Source: Microbacterium enclense
GTDB lineage: Bacteria > Actinomycetota > Actinomycetes > Actinomycetales > Microbacteriaceae
Reading direction: 5' to 3'
DNA length: 64,000 nt
NCBI GenBank assembly: GCA_038182865.1
Contig: CP116226.1
Location: 847,891 to 911,890, forward strand
The notes beneath the pieces are model-generated. The model worked only from the letters and a program-made list of their open reading frames with translations. It was not told where the DNA came from and did no database searches. Each line of letters opens with the position of its first letter. The first letter of the stretch is position 1. Shown here one piece after another: positions 36,141-45,605 of the stretch. Both the position numbers and the translations under genes were made by a program.

Positions 36141-37067
36141 ATGACGACCACCGATCCCCGCACCCCCGACGTCGCCGTGCTCGGCGAAGCGCTCGTCGAC
36201 ATCGTGACCACCCCCGCGGGGGCGTCCGAGCGACCGGGGGGAAGCCCCGCCAACGTCGCCGTGGCACTCGGACGCCTCGGGCGCGACGCCGTCCTGGTGG
36301 CCCGCATCGCCGACGATGAGCGCGGGCGGGCGCTTCGGGAGTGGCTCGCGGCATCCGCAGTCGTCCTCGTCGACTCCGGCTCCCCCGCGCGCACCGCGAC
36401 AGCCCGCGCGACGATCGGCGAGAACGGCGACGCCACGTACGACTTCGACATCGATTGGGCACTCCCGTCCCCCGTCGAGGTGCCCGCGGCGAGGATCTTC
36501 CACACCGGATCGGTCGCCGCGACCCTCGCTCCCGGTGCCGACGAGGTCCGCGCCGCGGCAGAACGCGCCCGCCCCGCGGCGCTCATCAGCTACGACCCCA
36601 ACATCCGCCCCGCCCTCACCGGTGGCGTCGACGACGCACGGTCTCGCGTCGAAGCGCTCGTCGCCCTCTCCGACGTCGTCAAGGCGAGCGCCGAGGACGC
36701 CGAGTGGCTCTATCCCGGAACATCGACCGCCGACGTCGCGCGCCGCTGGGTCGCGCTCGGCGCGAGCCTCGCCGTGATCACCGACGGGGAGGCGGGTTCC
36801 CTCGGCGTCACCGCCCACGCCGCCGTGGACGTGCCGGCGGTCCCGACCACCGTGGTCGACACGGTCGGCGCGGGCGACACCTTCATGGGGGCGCTGCTCG
36901 ATGGCATCCTGAACAGCCCCGGCGACGTCGACGAGCTGCGGGCGAGCGTGCGTGCACTCGATGCCGAGACCCTGCCCGCGCTTCTGGAGCGCGCCGCACG
37001 GGCTGCCGCGATCACCGTGGGGCGCGAGGGCATGGACCCGCCCACGCGCGCCGACCTCGCCGACTGA
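36141..37067 (+). CDS. PfkB-family sugar kinase (fructokinase-like), paralog 2
   Basis: GGAAGGA RBS. Colinear with 34060..34998 at roughly four-fifths amino-acid identity by eye, including an identical 38-aa block LPSPVEVPAARIFHTGSVAATLAPGADEVRAAAERARP. Confidence 0.85.
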   Translation: MTTTDPRTPDVAVLGEALVDIVTTPAGASERPGGSPANVAVALGRLGRDAVLVARIADDERGRALREWLAASAVVLVDSGSPARTATARATIGENGDATYDFDIDWALPSPVEVPAARIFHTGSVAATLAPGADEVRAAAERARPAALISYDPNIRPALTGGVDDARSRVEALVALSDVVKASAEDAEWLYPGTSTADVARRWVALGASLAVITDGEAGSLGVTAHAAVDVPAVPTTVVDTVGAGDTFMGALLDGILNSPGDVDELRASVRALDAETLPALLERAARAAAITVGREGMDPPTRADLAD

Positions 37068-37080
37068 GCCGGAGGAACGT

Positions 37081-38142
37081 ATGCCCGTCTTGCGCAAGAC
37101 TCTGCCGGCGGATTTCGCGGCGCGACTCGCGTCGTCGAACGTCGAGGAGCTCATCGCCGTGTTCGGCCGTGTCCGGGTGGACGCGCGCGGCGGTCCGACG
37201 ATGTCGACCGCGATCGGTTTCGTGGACTGTCCCGAGGGTCTCATCCGGTGGCTCGTCGCCCAGGGCCTGGACGTGGATGCCGTCGACTCCTCCGACGCGA
37301 CCCCGCTCCACACCCGCGCGGCCCGAGGCCGGCCGGAACAGATCCCCCTCCTGCTCTCGCTCGGTGCCGACATCGAGCGTCGCCGCCGTCTCGGCGGAAC
37401 GCCCCTGCACGCCGCCGCGGGCAATCATCACCCCGAGACCGTACGCGTGCTCCTCGAGCACGGAGCGGATCCGGCCGCGGTCGACGACAACGGCCTCACG
37501 CCCCTCGAGGTGGCGCTGAAGCGCGCCGCGAACGCGACGATCGCGCGGACCTCCGAGGTCGCACGCCTGCTGCAGGAAACGGGCCGCCCGATCACCGCCG
37601 CAATGCGCGCCGAGGTCACGCGGATCGGCACGGACTTCGAGTTCCACCGTGCGCGGTTCTCCCCCGACCTGCTCGCCGTGACCGAGGCCGGACTGGCGGA
37701 GCTGTACCGCCTCTTCGGCGTCCCTCCGGTCGCCGCGCGCCGCCAGCACGACGGCGTCTCACCGATCACGGTGCCCGAGGGGCGCTGGCAGCAGCAGTAT
37801 CAGGAGCTGTGGGACCTCCTCGTCCCCTCGTCGGGGCCTGCGGCCACCGTGCAGGGCGAGGTCATCCGCATCGCGGGCCGCCTCGGCCACGAGATCCTCG
37901 ACAACGGCGGGGTGAATCGGGATGCCGACTTCTCGCGCATGCTCGACGGCTTCGTCACGCATGTCGGAACGGGGGCACCTCTCGACGCCGACGATCTCGC
38001 CGAGGTCCGGTTGATCGCCTCCGCCGTCCGAAACGGCGCCGACGATGAGGCCCGCCTCGCACGGATGACCGAGCTCGCCGTGGCGTGGGTGGGGCGGAAC
38101 CCCGCACCGATCCCGCTGGCCGACGTCGACTACCGCCGCTAG
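37081..38142 (+). CDS. ankyrin-repeat protein with a C-terminal domain of unknown function
   Basis: ATG at 37081 after GGAGGA. DATPLHTRAARGRPEQIPLLLSLGADIE / GGTPLHAAAGNHHPETVRVLLEHGADPA / NGLTPLEVALKR are ANK repeats. The last ~200 aa are unassigned. Confidence 0.8.
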   Translation: MPVLRKTLPADFAARLASSNVEELIAVFGRVRVDARGGPTMSTAIGFVDCPEGLIRWLVAQGLDVDAVDSSDATPLHTRAARGRPEQIPLLLSLGADIERRRRLGGTPLHAAAGNHHPETVRVLLEHGADPAAVDDNGLTPLEVALKRAANATIARTSEVARLLQETGRPITAAMRAEVTRIGTDFEFHRARFSPDLLAVTEAGLAELYRLFGVPPVAARRQHDGVSPITVPEGRWQQQYQELWDLLVPSSGPAATVQGEVIRIAGRLGHEILDNGGVNRDADFSRMLDGFVTHVGTGAPLDADDLAEVRLIASAVRNGADDEARLARMTELAVAWVGRNPAPIPLADVDYRR

Positions 38143-38186
38143 ACCCCCGGTATCCTGGAGGAGGTGCGTCGGGAAGTCTGGTCGAC

Positions 38187-39548
38187 ATGTCGTCGATCGA
38201 TCCCTCTGGAGACTTCATGAGCCACGACACCGTCCGCGCACCCAGCTGGCCCGGCTCCGCCGAAGTCCACCGCGTCACGACCCTGCTGCGCCGCGAGTCC
38301 GTCGGCGGCATGCTGCTCGTCATCGCGGCCCTCGCCGCGATCGTCTGGGCCAACTCCCCGGCCTCGGAGTCGTACTTCGCCCTACGCGAGCTGCGCTTCG
38401 GCTACGAGCCGTGGCATCTCGAGCTGAGCGTCGGCGCGTGGGCAGCCGACGGGTTGCTCGCGATCTTCTTCTTCCTGGTGGGTCTCGAGCTCAAGCGCGA
38501 GATCGTCGTCGGAAGCCTCCGACGGGTGAACACGGCGATCGTGCCGGTGACCGCGGCCTTCGCGGGTGTCGCCGTGCCGGCGCTCATCTATGTGGCCATC
38601 GTCCACACGCAGCCGAGTCTGCTCGCGGGCTGGGCGATCCCCACGGCGACCGACATCGCCTTCGCCGTCGCCGTGCTGGCGCTCGTGGGGTCGCACCTTC
38701 CGGGACCGCTTCGCATCTTCCTGCTGACGCTCGCCGTGGTCGACGACCTCATCGCGATCGCGATCATCGCGATCTTCTACACGAGCGACATCTCGCTGGT
38801 GCCGCTCGTGATCTTCGCGGCGCTCGTGGCGATCTACGGGATCATCGCGCACCTCGGTCGTGCCTGGTTCGCCCGCCACGGGTGGGCGGCGTGGGTCGTG
38901 CTGCTGCCGATCGGTTTCGCCGCGTGGGCCTTCCTGCACGCCTCGGGCGTCCACGCCACGATCGCCGGAGTCGCGCTCGCCTTCACCATCCCCGTGGCGG
39001 CTTCACGTCGTCAGCCCGAGGGACGCGGCATCGACCTCGCCGAGCAGTTCGAGCACCGATTCCGTCCCCTCTCGGCGGGCGTCGCCGTGCCCCTGTTCGC
39101 GTTCTTCGCCGCGGGAGTCGCGGTCGGCGGGGGCGAGGGGCTCGTCAGAGCGGTGACCGACCCCGTGACCATCGGTGTCGTCGCCGGTCTCGTGCTGGGA
39201 AAGCCCCTCGGCATCCTGCTCGGTGTGCGCCTGCTCACGCTCGTCACGAAGGTGCGTCTCGACCCGGCGCTGACCTGGATCGACCTCGCCGGCGTCGGCC
39301 TGCTCGCCGGGATCGGCTTCACGGTGTCCCTCCTCATCGCGGAACTGAGCTTTCCCAGCGGATCGCCCCACACCGACGACGCGAAGATCGCGATCATGGT
39401 CGCCTCGCTCGTGGCATCCGTGCTCGCCTCCGCCGTGCTACTCGTACGCAACCGGCGCTACAGGCAGCTCGCGCGTGCCGAAGAAGTGGATGCCGACGGC
39501 GACGGCATCCCGGACGTGTACCAGCAGCCGCTGCCCCCGGAGCGCTGA
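38187..39548 (+). CDS. nhaA: Na+/H+ antiporter NhaA
   Basis: GGMLLVIAALAAIVWANSP..., WAADGLLAIFFFLVGLELKRE, PTATDIAFA. An alternative start at 38217 has a better-placed GGAGA. Confidence 0.92.
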   Translation: MSSIDPSGDFMSHDTVRAPSWPGSAEVHRVTTLLRRESVGGMLLVIAALAAIVWANSPASESYFALRELRFGYEPWHLELSVGAWAADGLLAIFFFLVGLELKREIVVGSLRRVNTAIVPVTAAFAGVAVPALIYVAIVHTQPSLLAGWAIPTATDIAFAVAVLALVGSHLPGPLRIFLLTLAVVDDLIAIAIIAIFYTSDISLVPLVIFAALVAIYGIIAHLGRAWFARHGWAAWVVLLPIGFAAWAFLHASGVHATIAGVALAFTIPVAASRRQPEGRGIDLAEQFEHRFRPLSAGVAVPLFAFFAAGVAVGGGEGLVRAVTDPVTIGVVAGLVLGKPLGILLGVRLLTLVTKVRLDPALTWIDLAGVGLLAGIGFTVSLLIAELSFPSGSPHTDDAKIAIMVASLVASVLASAVLLVRNRRYRQLARAEEVDADGDGIPDVYQQPLPPER

Positions 39549-39620
39549 GGGTCACACAGGGGGCGCGATGCTCGCGTACTCCCCCACCGGCACCGGCTCC
39601 CAGGCGGGCAGGACAGCCAT

Positions 39621-39694
39621 GAGAACAGGGGATGCCACGAAAACAGGACGAAGTGTGCGGCATGCCGCCTGTTCTCGTGGCATCCCCTGTTCTC
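39621..39694. other. long inverted repeat: 27-bp stem (1 mismatch), 20-nt loop
   Basis: GAGAACAGGGGATGCCACGAAAACAGG-acgaagtgtgcggcatgccg-CCTGTTCTCGTGGCATCCCCTGTTCTC, between nhaA and the GyrA-like mini-ORF. Confidence 0.9.
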
Positions 39695-39750
39695 GTTACC
39701 CCAAGGGCGAGGCGAGGCCGAGGAGAGGGGCACGCGAGTACGGTGACCGG

Positions 39751-40032
39751 ATGGGGAATGAGCGCGACGACCTGACGACGCGGGCGGACATCCTCCGGGC
39801 GTATCTCGCGGTGCTGGAGGACCCGGAGAAGCTCTTGCGGGTGTGCGCCGGCGTTCCCGGCGACGCCGATGACGCGCGCGACGCGGTCGCGTCGGCCTTC
39901 GGGGTCGGCGAGATCGCCGCGATGGCGATCCTCGACCTGCAGGTCAGACGCTTCACCCCTCGCGCGATCGAGCAGATCCGGTCCGAGCTGGCCGACCACG
40001 AGCGACGGCTCGCCGAGTCCGATCCCGGGTGA
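39751..40032 (+). CDS. 93-aa protein resembling the GyrA/ParC coiled-coil tip (C-gate) segment
   Basis: Internal ATG of ORF 39475..40032. RADILRAYLAVLEDPEKLLRV...ARDAVASAFGVGEIAAMAILDLQVRRFTPRAIEQIRSELADHERRLAE is colinear with GyrA RAHILEGL..AL...VI.LIR....A...L.....L.E.QAQAILDMRLRRLT.LE (from memory). No good SD, so the start and even the coding status are uncertain. Confidence 0.5.
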   Translation: MGNERDDLTTRADILRAYLAVLEDPEKLLRVCAGVPGDADDARDAVASAFGVGEIAAMAILDLQVRRFTPRAIEQIRSELADHERRLAESDPG

Positions 40033-40110
40033 CCCCGGCATCGGCGCCGCGGACCCGCCTCAGCCGAGACCCATCTCCTGCAGCACGCCGGTTGACGGAC
40101 GACCGACCCC

Positions 40111-40716
40111 TCAGCCGAAGATCTGCGACGCGATCTCCGACAGCCACGCGCGCGCGTTGACGTTCACGGTCTCGAGGTAGATCCATACGCCGTCGCGCGC
40201 GACCACGACGTCCTCGGTGTCGGCGGTCCCGCCGGACTTCACGCAGTACTGGGCGCCGAAGTCCTCGGCCGCCTGGCACTGGTATCCCTGCGCGCCGAGG
40301 TCGGCGACGCCGGCGGTGACATCGGCATCAGGGGCGGTGCTGATGAGGAGGAGCACGGCCGCCGCCTCCTCTTGGATCCAGTTGCACGACAGCTCGGTGG
40401 TCGCATTCGCGGGGGCCGGACGCACGAATCCATCGGCGTGCTGCGCCGTCAGGTCGCCGACCGTCTGCTGGCGGGTCGCGGCCGTACCGAGGTCGTCGCA
40501 GGAGGCCGGGATCGAGGCCGGCGCCGTCGTCGATTCCGAGGTCGCGGACGCAGTGGAGGGCGTCGGCGAAACGATCGGGGCCGACGGCGAGGGAGAGACG
40601 ACGGTCGTCGACGTCGGAGACGGCGTCGGGGTGCCGCTCTCCGGCACGCACCCGGTGAGCAGAGCGACGACGCCGATCAACAGGACGCCCGTGAAGGCGA
40701 TGGGTGCACGGCGCAT
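40111..40716 (-). CDS. lipoprotein, function unknown
   Basis: MRRAPIAFTGVLLIGVVALLTGC lipobox, a Pro/Ser/Thr-rich linker, then a Cys-containing globular part. Confidence 0.7.
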   Translation of the reverse strand: MRRAPIAFTGVLLIGVVALLTGCVPESGTPTPSPTSTTVVSPSPSAPIVSPTPSTASATSESTTAPASIPASCDDLGTAATRQQTVGDLTAQHADGFVRPAPANATTELSCNWIQEEAAAVLLLISTAPDADVTAGVADLGAQGYQCQAAEDFGAQYCVKSGGTADTEDVVVARDGVWIYLETVNVNARAWLSEIASQIFG

Positions 40717-40857
40717 GGCGAGTCCTCTCCCCGAAGCGGCGATCTCGGCGGACCGACCACTCTTTCCGGGCTCAACATATCCCTCTTCACCCGCGCGCGG
40801 GGGAGCGAGGAGTCCGCTCCCACCCCGGCTCTCACCCCGGCTTGACCCTCACGCGAC

Positions 40858-41391
40858 GTGAGGGCCGAGCCTGGGGACATGGACGACACCTTCCACGCCT
40901 TCGACGTCAGCCCCGTCCCGCCGCCCGGACCGGATGCCGTCGCACCCCCGCTGTTCCGCGGCATCTACGGCATGCCGATGTTCGTCACCCTCCCGACCAC
41001 CGACCTCGTGGCATCCATCGACTTCTGGACGAAGACCCTCGGATTCTTCGAGCTCTTCGGCATCCCGGGTCGGATGTCGCACCTCCGGCGGTGGGCGTTC
41101 CAGGACGTGCTGCTGACGGTGAGCGACGACGCCGCCGCGGCGACGACCGCGAGTGTGAGCTTCGCGTGCGTGCTGGATCAGATCGACCCGCTCGTCGCTT
41201 CGCTGCGCGACGCGGGTCGGCCCGCCGAGCCCCGGGACACCCCGTGGAACACCCGCGATGTCGAGGTCGTCACACCGGAGAACGCCCGGGTGGTCTTCAC
41301 CGCCGCGCGAGTGTTCGACCCCACGACCGTCGCGGGGCGGAACCTTCAGGCGGTCGGCATCGGACGCGACGACAATGACTCTCATGGGTGA
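40858..41391 (+). CDS. VOC (glyoxalase/bleomycin-resistance fold) family protein
   Basis: FVTLPTTDLVASIDFWTKTLGFFELF is the N-terminal beta-alpha-beta-beta-beta module. GTG at 40858 or ATG at 40879. Confidence 0.65.
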   Translation: MRAEPGDMDDTFHAFDVSPVPPPGPDAVAPPLFRGIYGMPMFVTLPTTDLVASIDFWTKTLGFFELFGIPGRMSHLRRWAFQDVLLTVSDDAAAATTASVSFACVLDQIDPLVASLRDAGRPAEPRDTPWNTRDVEVVTPENARVVFTAARVFDPTTVAGRNLQAVGIGRDDNDSHG

Positions 41392-42175
41392 GCGAGGGAT
41401 GCCGGTGGGCGAGACCGCCGCACGTCTCGGCCTGACGGTGCGCACGCTGCACCACTGGGACGAGATCGGTCTCGCCCGCCCGGCCGGGCGCTCCGCGGCC
41501 GGATACCGCCTCTACACCGACGACGATCTCGAACGCCTCCGTCGTGTCGTCGTGTACCGCGAGCTCGGGCTGGATCTCGACGCCATCCGGGCGGTTCTCG
41601 ATGAGCCCGGTGGTGACGTCGCTGCACAGCTGCGGGTACAGCGGGCCCAGCTCGCGCACCGCATCGACCAGCTGCAGGAACTCGACGAGGATCTGGAGCG
41701 CATGATCGAGGCCCAGGAACGCGGCATCCTGCTCTCCGACGACGACCAGCGCGCGACCTTCGGGCCGGGATGGGACACGCGCTGGCCCGGCGAGGCGCGC
41801 GACGCGTATGGCGCTTCACCGCAGTGGCAGCAGTACGCCGAACGGTCGGCGTCGCGGTCTGCCGATGACTGGGCAGCGGTGATGCAGTCGGTCTCTGCGC
41901 TCGACGCCGAGCTCGGCGCGGCCGTCGACGCCGGCACCGCGCCCGGCGATCTCGCGGCCGACAGCCTCGTCGAGCGGCACCGCGAGGTCTTCTCGCAGTA
42001 CTTCCCCCTCACGAGGCAGATGCAGGTGCACCTCGGACGGATGTACGCCGCCGACCCGCGCTTCGCCGCGCACTACGACGCGATCCGCCCCGGGCTCGCG
42101 GTGTGGCTACGGGACGCGATCGAGGCGAGCGCCCGCGCGCACGGCATCGACCCCGACACCGCCCGGTGGGAGTGA
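41384..42175 (+). CDS. MerR family regulator with a TipAS-like C-terminal domain
   Basis: VGETAARLGLTVRTLHHWDEIGL HTH, a coiled coil, and a C-terminal ...FSQYFPLTRQMQVHLGRMYAADPRFAAHYD. Start candidates are 41375, 41384 and 41399. Confidence 0.85.
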   Translation: MGERGMPVGETAARLGLTVRTLHHWDEIGLARPAGRSAAGYRLYTDDDLERLRRVVVYRELGLDLDAIRAVLDEPGGDVAAQLRVQRAQLAHRIDQLQELDEDLERMIEAQERGILLSDDDQRATFGPGWDTRWPGEARDAYGASPQWQQYAERSASRSADDWAAVMQSVSALDAELGAAVDAGTAPGDLAADSLVERHREVFSQYFPLTRQMQVHLGRMYAADPRFAAHYDAIRPGLAVWLRDAIEASARAHGIDPDTARWE

Positions 42176-43189
42176 TCAGGCCGACCCGCGCTCGATGATC
42201 TCGGTCGGCAGGATCGTGGCGTGCACCGCCGGACGCCCGGCGAGGATGTCGAGGAGAACGGATGCCATGTGCCGCCCCTGCATGAGCGAGGGCTGGCGCA
42301 CCGTGGTCAGTCCCGGGGTGAGCGTCGTCGCCACGGAAGAGTCGTCGAAGCCGATCACGGCGATGTCGCGGCCCGCCTCGAGGCCGTGGTCGCGGAGAGA
42401 CGTGTAAGCCCCCCGGGCCATCAGGTCGCTCGCGACGAAAAGCGCCTCGGGGAGGTCGCCCGCCGACAGGATGCGGTTCATCGCGAGGGCCCCGCCCATC
42501 TCGGTGAAGTCGCCGTCCTCGATCGCGACGGGCTCCAGCCCCGCGTCCGCCATCTCGTCGCGGAACCCCTGGAGGCGGTCGAGGGAGGCGGGCATGTCGA
42601 GCGGGCCGGAGATCGTGCCGATGCGCCGGTGGCCCCGATCCACGAGGTAGCGCGTGGCGACGCGGCCACCCTCGACGTTGTCGACGTCGACGTAGTAGTC
42701 GTCGGTGCGCACGCGTCCCGGACGACCGCCGTAGACCACGGGCACCACCTCGCCCACCCGGTCGAGGAAGGTGTCGCTGGTGTGGTGCGAGGCGACGATC
42801 GCGCCGTCGACGCTCCCGCCGCGGAGATAGCGCAGCGCCTTCGTGCTGTCGTCGTCGCTCGCGATGAGCATGTTCATGACGTAGTCGGACTCACCGACCA
42901 CCTCGCTGATCCCCGCCACGATCGAGGCGAAGAAGGGGTCGCCGAAGAACCGGTCGGTCTGCTCGGGGATGATCAGCGCGATCGCCCGCGTCTGGCGGCT
43001 GGCGAGAGAGCGCGCCGCACGATTGGGGACGTACTGCAAGTCCTCGATCGCGCGACGCACCGCCTCGAGAGCGGCGGGAGAGACCGCGGTGGAACCATTG
43101 ACCACACGCGACACCGTCGAGCGTGAAACGCCCGCTCGAGCCGCGACTTCTTCGATCGTGGCGGCGCCCCGCACGGGTGCGAGCTCCAT
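42176..43189 (-). CDS. cebR: LacI family regulator, CebR-like
   Basis: Internal ATG at 43189 of ORF 42176..44332. TIEEVAARAGVSRSTVSRVVNG HTH. Last gene of the ceb-like unit, which carries CebR boxes upstream. Confidence 0.8.
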   Translation of the reverse strand: MELAPVRGAATIEEVAARAGVSRSTVSRVVNGSTAVSPAALEAVRRAIEDLQYVPNRAARSLASRQTRAIALIIPEQTDRFFGDPFFASIVAGISEVVGESDYVMNMLIASDDDSTKALRYLRGGSVDGAIVASHHTSDTFLDRVGEVVPVVYGGRPGRVRTDDYYVDVDNVEGGRVATRYLVDRGHRRIGTISGPLDMPASLDRLQGFRDEMADAGLEPVAIEDGDFTEMGGALAMNRILSAGDLPEALFVASDLMARGAYTSLRDHGLEAGRDIAVIGFDDSSVATTLTPGLTTVRQPSLMQGRHMASVLLDILAGRPAVHATILPTEIIERGSA

Positions 43190-43221
43190 CGCGTTCCCTC
43201 CTCCGGGCCCTCGCGCGCGGC

Positions 43222-44676
<1,455 letters not shown>

Positions 44677-44705
44677 GGTTCGGGTTCCTTCCGTGGGGGC
44701 GAGGG

Positions 44706-45605
44706 TCATCCCTTGACCGCCCCTTGCATGATGCCACTGACCAGCTGCTTGCCCGCGAACACGAACAGCAGCAGGAGCGGGACCGTCGACAGCAGGACAC
44801 CTGCGAGCACGACGGAGTAGTCGACGAAGTAGTTCGACTGCAGCAGCGAGAGGGCCACGGGCAGCGTCGGGTTCTGGCGGTCGAGCACGATGAACGGCCA
44901 GAAGAAGTTGTTCCACGCGGTCACGAAGGTGAAGAGACCGAGCATGGCCGCGGCCGGTCGCGCCGCCGGGACGCCCACCGTCAGGAAGGTGCGGAAGGAG
45001 CTCGCCCCGTCCACGCGCGCGGCCTCGATCAGCTCGTCGGGCACGGCTTGGCGCAGATACTGCGTCATCCAGAACACCCCGAAGGCGCTGGTGAGCGCGG
45101 GCACGATGATCGCGCCGATCTGCCCAGTCCACCCGAGCTCGCTGAACAGGATGTACAGCGGCACGACGCCCAGCTGCGTGGGCACGGCCATCGTCGCCAC
45201 GACGAAGAGCAGCAGCCACGGACCGCCGCGGAAGCGGAGCTTGGCGAACGCCCAGCCCGCGAGCGTGGAGAAGAAGACGACGGATGCCGCGATGAGCGCG
45301 GAGCTGAAGATCGAGTTCCACAGCCCCGCCCAGAAGTTCACGGCGGGGTTGTTCAGGACGTCGGCGGCATTGGCGAAGAAGTTGCCGCCGGGGATCCACG
45401 AAAGCTCCGGGTTGCGAATCGTCGAGGAGTCGCCGGACCCGATGAGCAGCGCCCAGTAGTACGGTACGACGGCCGCGAGCAGGACGACGCCGAGGCTGGC
45501 GTAGACGAACCACCCGGGGCGCGAGCCCCGCACGGGACGAGGGCGCTTCCGCGCCGGTGCGGGGTCGGCGGCCCCCGTGACGGGGGACGTGTCGATGACG
45601 CTCAT
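44706..45605 (-). CDS. cebG: cellobiose/cello-oligosaccharide ABC permease
   Basis: Internal ATG at 45605 with an ATGA overlap with the cebF stop. EAA-type loop ELIEAARVDGASSFRTF. Confidence 0.88.
   Translation of the reverse strand: MSVIDTSPVTGAADPAPARKRPRPVRGSRPGWFVYASLGVVLLAAVVPYYWALLIGSGDSSTIRNPELSWIPGGNFFANAADVLNNPAVNFWAGLWNSIFSSALIAASVVFFSTLAGWAFAKLRFRGGPWLLLFVVATMAVPTQLGVVPLYILFSELGWTGQIGAIIVPALTSAFGVFWMTQYLRQAVPDELIEAARVDGASSFRTFLTVGVPAARPAAAMLGLFTFVTAWNNFFWPFIVLDRQNPTLPVALSLLQSNYFVDYSVVLAGVLLSTVPLLLLFVFAGKQLVSGIMQGAVKG

Noticed and set aside
39394-40041. A 215-aa minus-strand ORF overlapping the nhaA 3' end, the long hairpin and the GyrA-like mini-ORF
   Set aside because: It crosses both arms of the 27-bp-stem hairpin and the end of nhaA. 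The translation is Arg/Pro/Gly-rich with no motifs, whereas the plus-strand frame shows ordered similarity to GyrA.
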